The notes beneath the pieces were generated by a model. That model was given only the letters and a program-made list of their open reading frames with translations. It did no database searches and was not told where the DNA came from. The translations under genes and the position numbers were made by a program. Below, piece by piece: positions 47,401 to 59,400 of a stretch of DNA of 64,000 nt. Position 1 is the stretch's first letter, and each line of letters opens with the position of its first letter. The stretch is from NCBI GenBank assembly GCA_951406725.2, contig OX597814.1:160952001-161016000 (forward strand). Reading direction: 5' to 3'. The stretch is from Octopus vulgaris (taxonomy: Eukaryota).

Positions 47401-50400
47401 GTAAATAAGAAAAATGAAAATGTGTTTGCAGAAGAATAATGACTGGTACAGGAAGATAGAGAAGAGAGTTACCAGGTGGGTCACGGTTTTCAACAGTGGG
47501 ACTGAGTTTAATTAGTAGTTCATTCAACTTCTGTAATTTATCTTCAACATCTTCTAATTCTTTTACACAGTTTTCATAATCATTGGGATCTTTCATTAAT
47601 CTGTTTAAAATTCGTTGTCTGAAAAGGAAATAAAGGAAGAGAACCACTCAGGTTTTAACTGAGGCGAAAAGAAAAAATCCTCAAATGGATATTACACTTA
47701 AACTTGTTTGCATTAAGAGGATCTATATACTGAAAACCATAGTCTAACTATGTTTTTTATATGTTTATATGCATGTATATTTGTATACATATATATATAT
47801 ACTTATTTGTATGGATTGTTGATTGTTTATCTTATATCGTAATATTTGATATGTTAGAATCTATTATAATATGTATTGTGAAGTGAAGATTACTATAAAT
47901 AAAATAATATTGTTATTATTGATAAACATAATAATAATAATATTAATAATTGATTATTATTTATGTGGTCATAAGCATAGACGTGTTTATATGTTCCAGT
48001 ATATGTATATAATGTATATGACGAATGGTATATTTACTTGGACCTATTGTTTAATTGTGTTTATGTATTTTTACACATGTAAAAGTATATACACTCTGCT
48101 TATCTATGTATATGTGTATATATGTATGTCTATATGGATATTTGTTCATATTTTTTTATATATATTAAATAATACGTGTATCATGTTTCATGTATTAATA
48201 TAAATATATTTATAGTTCCTTATAACCTCTGACGAGGCCTATGGTTATATATATAAGTACCCTATTTTTAAATGCCTACAACCTCAATATATTGACAACT
48301 ATAGGCAATAAAATAATTACTTTTAACCATAGGCTGAAACAGCTGTAAGAAGTGATTTTAATGATTTCAATAATTTATATTATGATTTTTATAATTTGTA
48401 TTCTTATCTTATATGTATTGAATTATAAGATATATATGTATGCTATTAAGGTTCTCATTTTGTTAAATGAATAAATAATCCAACATTCTAATATCCGAAA
48501 GTTGATGAGCAAACTAAATTTGTTTCTCCATTTTTTTATTTGTATTATAAATTAACAGTAAAAATATTTCTTTACCTTTACCTATTTAATACAATAAATA
48601 TGTTAATTGCATTGCAATTAAAGACATTTATGTATTAAGAATCTGGGTACTTCACCAACAGTATATTGGATAAATACTATCCCTTAGTGGGTTACATCCA
48701 CAACCCCTAACTTACTTTGTGTTAAATATATATATGACACATACAAACCTATACACAAATTTATACATATACATACATAATTTTGTATTGTGATTTTGTA
48801 CTTTGATTATTTACATACAACCATAAAGATTAGCTCTAGGAAAGTCATCTGGCTGTGAAACTATACCTCAAATGACATTTGTCTAACCCATGCTTGCATG
48901 GAAAAGGCGTAAAATGAATTATATATATATATATAATAAATTTATAAGAGAAAAAAATTCTACTTGAGCATATAGGAAAAAAGTTTACCTTTGCTTATGG
49001 AAAATAGTCAAATTGTAATTGATGGTCTTCATGTCTTCTCCTGAAGCACTGGAATGGCGCAGCCAAGGTACAGCCTCCAGAGAGCCAGCTTTAAATTTGA
49101 TTTCTTGGGAAGGAGAGCTCCATTGTGACCGAAGACTAGGAGGGGAAGCAGACTTACTCAAATTCAATTGTCCCTTATTTTTGACGGAGAGATGCTGGAC
49201 TTGATTTGAGAGTTTATTTGTAGGGATGGGGACAGGAGAAGTACATTTTACTATATTAAGAGTTGAGTTATCAGACACTTTCTTGAGAGAACTCCTTGCA
49301 ATGTTATTCTGCAATAAATTAAGATGAGAATATTAAACCCATGTTAAATAGTAGAAGCAAAGATACTGAATTGAAAATCACATTTATTATATATTGCAAT
49401 TTGTCAACAAGTAATGTTTATTATAAATTTCCACAGAACTACTGGTTCACAGCCTTTCTGATGATGAGAGTAACAAGGGAATATTGTAAGTTGGTGCAGA
49501 ACAAATATAGCAAAAGATTGTTTCAGAAACAATTTTTCAGTTTTTCCACTAAAAGACATACATGTACATATACAAATATATTTTTACCTAAGTTGAGAGC
49601 TACAGGAGTAATATCAGGGCCTAGAATTCCATACAAAATAAAAAATATATATATAGGGTTTGGACAAAATAATAGGAACACCTAGCATCATAATTTTGAA
49701 ATATCTATAAAACTGTCAAAAGCTTATTTTTGTTTTTTGATTTATTATTAGTGTTGCTTAATATGTTTTACTAAAATTGCTTTCTTTTCAGATATCATCA
49801 GAAAAAGGTAATTAAAATTCATTAAAATGACAGATCTATCGGACTTTCAAAGAGGTCAAATTGTTGGTGCTTGTATGGCAGGCGCTAACGTAACGGAAAC
49901 AGCTGAAATGTTTGGTAGAGAAAATATTACGACGATGACCACCACAGATCTACAATGGAAGAATTCACCACGTGTAGTTGAGGGTAAAAGAAATCGTTGA
50001 ACGACAGTAAGTACGTCCAAAATTTATAAAGCAGTGACATACATACATACATAGATACTTGTAGCACACATGTATATACGTGCAGAGTGAAAATAAATCA
50101 CACTATTTAATGTGACGGACTACACTGCAAAAAAATCAAAAATTTCATTTCTGTTTACAAACTTTCTCCGTGTCTATACGCACAAATACTTTTATGTATA
50201 CACACGCAATATTTAAGAAAAAAAGGAATATACACAAAAAAGAACGAAACATGTGTATATACACACACAATATTTAAGAACAAGGAATATACACAAAAAA
50301 GAACGAATCAAAAACAAATATTTTATATTTTACTTTTATCGTATTGTTGTTTACATTTTCTGTCTCTACGGATGACCAGAACCAACAGAATCGCCATGGT

Positions 50401-53400
50401 GAAATCCATAGCGGCGTGCGATAAGACTGGTCGCTGCTCTAAAATAGAACACTGCCCAGAAAATCACACCTGCCACATCTGTACGGAACCCGAAAATACG
50501 TTCCGTAATCGCTGGGTCGAATGTGGGACATGTCTCATCTCTGTCTGCCTCCAATGTGCCACGGACTTTCAGAAGATCCCAGGCCAAAAAAAGAGCCATC
50601 ATAATGCTATGATGGATAGACTCTGGAAGATGGTTCAGTTTAAATCTTGGACTTTTCAGTGTCAGGCCTGCGTGCCTCCACAACCGACGATTGTGTCTCC
50701 CCCTGCCACTCCCGTGGAGGAGGCGGAACAGCAACAACAAAATCAACCACAACCAGAGCAGCAGCAACAACAACAGCAACAACAACAGCAGCAGCAACAA
50801 CTAGAGCAGCAGCAGCAGCAACAACAAAATCAACCACAACCAGAGCAGCAGCAACAACAAAATCAACCACAACCAGAGCAGCAGCAACAACAACATCAAC
50901 AACAACAACAGCAACAACAAAATCAACCACAACCAGAGCAACAGCAGCAACAACAACAACACCAATTGACCAGTGCGGTTCTTGCAGAACTGCAACAATC
51001 GATCTGTGCTTTAAAAGGGGAAGTAGCAGGAATAAAAGCAACCATTCAGGTTGGACTCCACAATGAGGGGTCTTATCGGAATGCTCTGCTAAAGAACCTC
51101 CCTGTACCTGTACCTCTTGTCGCATTTAAGACCGCGGATTCTGCCACCCATGAAGTCATTGCCATTGGGGTGCCAGAAGACATGGCTGATCTTCAGGCTT
51201 TTGCTGCCAACTCAGCCAAAGACCTAGGCTGCGTTCCCCCAACGGGTGCTATCCGCCTTGGACGACCTGGCCCAAAACCTAGGCTCATCAAGTTGTCTTT
51301 TACGGACCCCACTGAGGCAACCTCTTACCATCTGGCCTCAGTTAAAGCTGGGCGGGAAAATCGGACCACCTTCCGAACACGCCCAGGCTTACCGTCCGAT
51401 GTACGCCCAAAGCTACGTGTAGTGGCTTCCCTGAATAGGAACTCAGCTCTACAGGAAAGCTTCAGTCTTCGGGAAGATGGACAAATCTGGAGATTTGTCA
51501 AGACTGCTGAAACGTGGAAGAGAGATACCAGCTGGTCTGAGTGCTCTCTACCCACAATAACTAAAAAAACTACAGCAACTCAGGGAAACTAAGCCAGAAC
51601 AACCTGCCATCCTCTACACACCATCATAAACTGCGAGCAGGGTACAAATTGTTGTCCTTAAATGCTCGCAGTTTATGCAACAAAATACATTTGTTCAACG
51701 CCTACGTCAGAAGTGTTGACCCTGACTTCATCACTGTCACGGAAACATGGGCGCATTCCTTACTCTGTGATGGGGTTTTCAACATTACAGGGTACAACCT
51801 CTTCCGTAAGGACCGCACTAACCGCCGTGGTGGTGGTGTGATGGTCTACGTTCGTTCAAATTTTTTGGTAATTCCTTGTGCCGATTTGAACGAATCACAA
51901 GAAGAAGTTTTTTTCTGTGACGTGCGTATGACCATGTCAACACTCCTGCTTGGCGTTGTTTATCGTCCCCCAAGTTACCATCGGGACACACAGCTTTGCA
52001 ATGTCCTCCGAGCTGCTGCCAGGAAAACAGCCACTTATGTGTTTATTGCAGGCGATTTCAATCATCCTGAGATCGATTGGGAGACCTTCCATTGGCCACA
52101 GAGTGCAAACGATTTTGTTGAGCTTGTGCTGGACTCAAACTGGTCACAAGTAGTCACCTCTCCAACAAGAGGCGACAACACCTTGGACCTGCTCTTCACC
52201 ACAACTCCTGAAGCGGTTATCAATTGCACTACGGAGGAACCTCTAGGTGACTCTGATCATGCTATGATCATCGCCAATCTGGCTCTTGCGGGCAACAAAA
52301 ACCTGAACCATCTCCAATCTGCTTCCTTCGATTGGAAGAGAGCAGATTGGAACCTGTACCACACTGAACTACAGCACCCAAACTGGCGTGAATTCTACAA
52401 CTCTGGAGATGTGAATACTATACTCCAGAGTATCCTGGACTCAATATGGGCAGCATGTGCAGCATCAGTGCCACGTAAACAAAAAAGAAGAACCGCCCCA
52501 AAAGGGCAATTTGGGAAACTTCAGCGGTCCGACTTGCCAGGAGGGAACGTCGGACTGCTGAATGGGAATACAGGTTGCATAAATCAGACACCAACAGGAA
52601 GAAGCGGAATAAATCCTCCAACCATCTCAAGCAAGTGACAAAAAAAGCAGTGCTTGAATTTGAACAGTGCATAGCAGCCAATCCTGACAGCAAGGTTTTC
52701 TGGAAATATGTGCACTCAAAGCAGAGACCTCACTCTCCAGTGGGCCCTCTTCGCAACCCTCACACAAACCAGATCACTGACGACCCCAAGGAATGCGCAG
52801 AACTCATTGCCGAGTGCTATGCAAACATATTCACTGTTGAAAGTCAAAATGTACCATCTTCACCATCACTAACAGCAAACTCCATAACAACTATGGAATT
52901 TACACCTGCAATGCTGCGACGTCACCTTCAAAATAAGCGCAACTATGCCTCCCCTGGTCTCGATGGAGTTACATACCTGCTTCTCAAACGTGGCAGGCAC
53001 TTCCTTTTACACCAGCTTTCTATTTTCTTCCAGTACTGTCTCAACAATGGTGCTACTCCGGAGCAGTGGAAAACTGCCAGTGTCATTCCTCTGTTCAAAA
53101 AGGGCGACCGCACATCACCTGTCAACTATCGCCCAGTCAGTCTCACTAGCTGTATTGCAAAACTGATGGAATCGTGTGTCAGAGAAACACTCTGGAACTT
53201 CTGGAGCTCTCACAGTCTCATCCGACCCTCACAATATGGATTTGTCCCTAACTCCAGCTGCAGTGACCAGCTTGTCGAGTTCCTTGAGGACATTACTCAG
53301 ATTACTGACAGTGGCTCATGGGTGGATGTTGTCTACCTTGACTTTGCTAAGGCTTTCAACTCTGTGCCACACAAAAGGCTTATGGTGAAACTCTCTGCAA

Positions 53401-56400
53401 TGGGTGTGGGGGATGACCTTTTTAACTGGTTGAAATCCTTCATCCTCAGCCGAAAGGAGGTAGTCACAGTTCTAGGACAGCACTCTACACCATATGAGAT
53501 GTCATCGGGTGTACCACAGGGATCTGTCCTTGGCCCCCTCTTGTTTGTGGCATACATTAACGACATAGATGCCAATTTAAAGAATGCCACAGTATTGAAA
53601 TATGCAGACGACATCAAGCTGTACCTTGAAATCAAGAGGACAGATCCTGATGTCTACAACTCTTTCCTGCAATCAGACCTAGACACAATGCAGCAATGGA
53701 TCACAGACTGGCAACTGAAACTGGCTGTGGACAAGTGTACCACCATGCATTTTGGGAGAAAAAACCCTGCGTTCACATACTCCCTCCACAACACTGATAT
53801 CAAGAAATCCTCTTGCGAGCGTGACCTAGGCATCACTGTCAGCAGTGATTTGCGTTGGTCAAAGCATATCTCTAAGATTGTCAGGAAGGCCGAGGGTGTC
53901 TTGGCATCACTCAGCAGGTCTTTTGTTAGCCGCTCTCCAGCCATCTATTTAAAACTGTATACAGCTATGGTACGACCACACTTGGAATTCGCATCATCAG
54001 TTTGGAACCCCTATCTTGCACAGAACATTGACCTCCTGGAATCTGTCCAGAGACGTGCAACCAAACGCATACCCTCCATCAGACACCTACCATATTCTGA
54101 GCGCCTTGTTTCCCTGGGCATGGATTCACTGAAGCTCCGGCGTTTGGCGACGGACTTGGTAAACACCCACAAAGTTATCAACCACCTCACCAACAACAAC
54201 ACTGAACACCTTTTTGATCTCCATGTGTCTAACACACGTGGACATGCCTACAAAGTCAGAAAACAATACAGCTCCCATGACTTTCGGAAACATTTTTTCA
54301 CGCTCAGAGTTGCTGAAGCATGGAATAAACTGCCTGCGTCAGTTGTTGACTGCCATGACACTGCATCTTTTAAGGCCCTCATGCTTTCCGAAATCCGCCG
54401 AAACTTATTATATATACACTTTAGATGAGTTGTAGTGCACCTGAGCACTGTACACAATTATTATTGTTATTGTTATTATTATTAAGAAGTACTGTCTCGA
54501 AACTAATGACAGCCTTTGAGAAAGAGGGAAAAACTTCCTCGTCGAAACAAAACTATGGACGAAAACCAAAACTTTCAGATAGGGACCATCAGTCTCTTAT
54601 GCAAATTGTTAGAAAGAATCACAAAAGTACAGCTCCCAAAATTACTGCAAAGCTTAATGACCATCATGAGAACCCAGTTTCCACAAAAACTGTTCTCTGT
54701 TTTATAAGACAATTTCCTCATTAGAAAGAAAGATCAACAGAAAATAAATAGATTGTATTCAATTTAAAATTTCACACAGTAAACAAAATTACTATTTTGA
54801 AATCTTAACTTATGTCACCAGTCAGAAATAAAAGCAAATGATGAACACTTAGTTGACTAATTGGTTACCTACTTTCCAAAAATTATCATCTGGCTCAAAC
54901 TCTTGGATTGCTTTGTAAACAGCTGCTTTTAACTCAGCAGAAGGATGACAAAAAGTTTCTAAAACCAGAGGGACACTGAAAAAAATAAAGAATTCAACAA
55001 AAAATTTAACATAATAATTATTGATAGGGTACCATGCAAGATTAAACAACTTTTAAAGAAGTAAATCTAAATTTTTGCGAAGATTGACAAATTTTTTATC
55101 AGTGACCAATAAATTAGATTATGTACTGAGCGAGTGTGTATTTTTAGAACCATTTAATTAAACCTTTCAAAACTGAAAATTCTTAATTAACAACTAACCA
55201 GGATTATCTGACAATTCAAAGAAATGCTTTCATTTCAAATGACTCTTGCAAATTTTGCCATGATTTTAAAATCTATTCTATTTTATTTAATTTTGTTGTA
55301 AGCTAAACACAATAGCACACACACCCTTGCATATGTCGTGAGATTTTGTTAGTTGTTGGAGATACAAGAGGGTATATTCAGGTTTAATATAAGTAGCAGG
55401 AAAAGATTTTGCTACTCAGCAATTAGGATGATTGTAAAAAAATAAAAATAATTAATCTGAGGTCAATCAGAGGCTATATGTTGAATCAAGTTCAATCAGT
55501 CCTGTTTCCAATCATTCTTTCTGATTAAAATATCTAACACATTTTCTTCTTTTTTCACATGTAACAAAAAGAAATGCCTTTATGTGTTAACTAATAAATA
55601 TTTCCAAGTTCTTAAAATAATCCCTCCTTACAAGTAGAAAAACAGCAGCTGTAAAGTTTTAGTCATCGAAATAATACTTACTCTTCAAGCCGGAACAAAG
55701 TCAACCAATCTTTATGTTCATCACCAGATTTCAAACCACTAAAGTTAATCCTAAAAGGATAACAAAAGCAGCTCAATAAGTTATTTTCAAAGAAGGAATT
55801 TTTAAATCCTATTTTTGAATAATCTATAATTTAACAATAGATTTGGATTAATTTCAGAAAAAGAGAAGGAAACAATAGGTAAAATATTTGTAATAACATA
55901 TCAACAGCAAATTCTTTTTTGTAGTGTGTTCCTGGCTGGTTAAAAATTATAAATGAAAATAGTGTGAATTTATGGCTACATGATTGAGCAGTTCAATTCC
56001 CAACCACATGGTTCTGGATTCAGTCCCATTGCATAGCACTTTGGGCAAGCAAGTCATATGAGTGAAACTGTTAGAGAAAAACTGAAAGAAAACTGTCTTA
56101 TGTGTGTGTGCATGCGTTTGTTTATATTTACAATCACTTGTACAACTGTGTGGTAGGCAGCGTTGTTGTCAGTTTCTCTTGACAACAAATAATCCATGCA
56201 TCCATGCACTTTGTGCCTTTGAAGCTGTGTAGAATAAGTGATCCCTTTTATGAAGGAAAAAAAAATTAACATCTAGAAAGGCATCCAGCTGTAAGACAAT
56301 ACCTCAAGTAATATATTCATCTAAACCATGCCAGCATGGAAAACTGGACACAAAATAAATGATTGAATGAACAAAAAAAACCCCAAAAAACAAACAACAA

Positions 56401-59400
56401 TACAAATAAAAAGCTCATATTAATTTGAGAACATTCTATAATGAAATCACAACCTATGGTTTATAATAATAATAATAATAATAATAATGAAATTATTGTA
56501 TACAGTGCTCAGGTGCACCACAACTTGTCAGAAAGTGCATATAAAGTACATGCAGTAATGTAGAAATGTCTGGAAAGTGAACAGTGTATGAGTCAGATAC
56601 ATGCTTGTGTGTGTATGGAGGGGAGAAAATCAAGTGTAGTGTTGGCGAATCTCAGGAAGCATGGAAGTTTTGAAGGATGCAGTGCTCCGACAACTAACAA
56701 CCGATGCCGGCAGTTTGTTCCATGCTTCAGCAACTCTCAGCGTGAAAAAATGTTTCCTGAAGTCATGGGAGCTGTGCTGTTTTCTTACTTTGTAAATATG
56801 TCCACGGGTGTTAGATGGGTGGAGTTTGAAGAGGTGCTCAGAGTTATTGTTTGTGCGATGGTTGATAATTTTATGGGTGTCTGCCAAGTCAGCTGCCAGA
56901 CGTCGGAGCTTCAATGTGTCCATGCCCAGGGAAGCAAGGCGCTCAGGATATGGCAAATGCCTGATGGAGGGTATTCTTTTGGCTGCACGTCGCTGAACAG
57001 CTTCCAGACGATTGCTGTCCTGGGCAAGATAGGGGTTCCAGACTGGTGATGCAAATTCCAGGTGAGGTCTTACCATAGCTATATAAAGCCGCAGATAGAT
57101 AGCCGGAGAGCGGCTCACAAAGGATTTGGTGAGTGATGCCAAGACACCCTCAGCCTTCTTGACAATTTTAGCGATGTGTTTCGTCCAACGCAAATCACTG
57201 TCGACAATAACACCCAGGTCACGTTCACTTGAAGACTTTTTGAGACTAGTGTTGTGGAGGGTGTAGGTGGACGCTGGGTTTCTCCTCCCAAAATGCATGG
57301 TGGTACATTTGTCCACAGCCAGCTTGAGTTGCCAGTCCATGATCCACTGCTGCATTGTGTCCAGGTCTGCTTGCAATAGAGATCCATAGTGTACAGGATT
57401 TGACCTCTTTATTTCGAGGTACAGCTTGATGTCATCTGCATATTTCAGCACTGTGGCATTCTTTAAGTTGGCATCTATGTCATTAACATATGCAACAAAT
57501 AAAAGGGGGCCAAGAACAGATCCCTGCGGCACACCAGATGTCATCTCATAGGGCGAAGAGTGCTGTCCTAGAACTGTAACAACCTCTTTTCGGCCGAAAA
57601 TAAAGGACTTTAACCAGTTATAGAGGTCGTCTCTTACACCCAATGCAGAAAGCTTCACCATAAGTCTTTTGTATGGCACAGAGTTAAAAGCCTTAGCAAC
57701 GTCCAAGTAAACAACATCCACCCAGGATCCGCGATCAGTGATTTGGGTAACGTCCTCAAGAAACTCGATGAGTTGATTACAGCAGCTGGAGTTAGGAATA
57801 AATCCGAATTGTGACGGCTGAGACTCAGTAAAATAATTGAAAGAAAGGTGGTTATGGTTCCAGCCACACTGCATGGAATCCTGGACAAAGGTTTTCAAAA
57901 AGCTCCAGACTGACCAATGCCCTGAGAGTGAAACTGGTTGACAGAAACCACATAGAAATCTGTCATAGGTGGTCTCCCTATGTTGACAGTGCTCTTTTTT
58001 TTGTGTACCATAACTTAGTGGCTCAGTAAATAAGGATCAGTAAGTACTAAGGTTGATATTGACTAAAACCCAACGAGGCAGTATCACAGCATGATTGCAA
58101 TCCAACAACTGAAACAAGTGAAACTATCAGCAAGCATTAAAACAAATTAATAGTTCTAGTTATCTTTTACTGTTCAACCACATATCTGTTATGTTCTTAA
58201 TATGTTGGATTCTTATAACACCCACTTTGGTACACAGTATACTTAGTAAAACCAATAAAGACATGACTATCTGTGTCCGCCTACTACGTACTCTAGTACT
58301 TCACGTACTTCTCTATACTTATAGTTACTAGGTTATCCCATTCGTCACATGGGAGAGGTGTACTATTATTACTAATTCCCTATAACAGTCACACAAGAAA
58401 TACTATATTTCAGTTGAATAGACCAAAACAGGTTGTTTTGCTCCAGACCATTCCCAAATGAAGCCAGTCTATGATCAAAGGTGTTTCAACAACAACCAAC
58501 CTATCTTTTCTTCAGACATAGTCATAGAGAACTAAATTATTAAACATGTCCTTCCTTTTGTAAAATAGTAGTGTATAATTTAACAGAGATTCAGTTACAG
58601 GTCAAGCTAATGTATAGAGTTTCTTGTTGGCAAGTACCAACAAAACTATTTACAAAACAAATTAAATGACGATGATACTAATTCTATTGTAATTTTATGA
58701 TATATTTTCTTAAATTTACAGTTGCAGGTATGGCTGCATGGTAAGAAGCTTGCTTCCCAACCACATGGCAGATGATTTGGTAGACAGAAACCAAAAGAAG
58801 CTTGTCGTGTGTGTGTGTGTGTATGTGTGTATCTGTGTCTTGTGTTTGTCCCCCACCACAACTTGACAGCTGATGTTGGTGTGTTTACATCCCTGTAATT
58901 TAGCAGTTCTGAAAAAATGGGCTTCAGAATAAGTACCAGGCTCAAAAAAAGTACTGGAGTTGATTTGTTTGACTAAAGATTCTTCAAGGCAGTGCCCAAA
59001 CATGGTCACAGCCTAATGACTGAAACAAAATAAAATTACACTAGAACACAATAATTACTAAATTAGAAGAAAATTTAATGAATTTTGACATCAGTCAAAA
59101 GAAAAAAATTATGATATATATATATATATATCATATAGTGGATTACTCACTTTTCTAGTTCCTTAAACAATTCTTCGTAATCTTCTTCACAGATTATAAC
59201 TTTTGAGATTCCAAGATTTACACGTCTAAGCTGGATATGAAAAATAAAGAATTAGTTATTTTCTCCAGAATTACAGACTTGTAATCTATCTTTCCGAACA
59301 TGTAGTTAAAGATCAACTGATTTGTTAAACTAGGAAAAAAAAAAGTCAGAGAAAGAGAGAACAAAAGTAATAGAAAGTATTTAATATTAATATAGGTGCA

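Larger units (their letters stand above)
49917..54483 (+). mobile_element. Full-length CR1-type non-LTR retrotransposon (5' UTR, ORF1, ORF2, 3' stem-loop, (TTA)n tail)
   Basis: Boundaries set by the interrupted Tc1; two long ORFs; stem-loop agtgc-acctga-gcact at 54434-54449; tail 54458-54483. Confidence 0.93.
49654..54695 (+). mobile_element. Tc1-like transposon remnant (49654-49916 plus 54484-54695) interrupted by a LINE
   Basis: TA followed by TIR-like agggtttggacaaaataataggaacacc; MTDLSDFQRGQIVG...AEMFG continues after the LINE as RSTVSKLMTAFEKEGKT..GRKPKLSDRD (paired-like HTH). Confidence 0.85.

Noticed and set aside
50366-51125. Poly-Leu, poly-Val/Ala and poly-Thr ORFs
   Set aside because: Alternative-frame or antisense shadows of the CAA/CAG polyQ tract
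52512-52519. Second GGGAAAC near the internal ORF2 frameshift
   Set aside because: Reads GGG AAA C in the upstream frame, not X_XXY_YYZ; a one-base homopolymer loss at 52481-52486 explains the break better
54869-54872. Alternative donor 4 nt downstream for exon f
   Set aside because: Would break phase with exon g; the donor after 54873 keeps the frame
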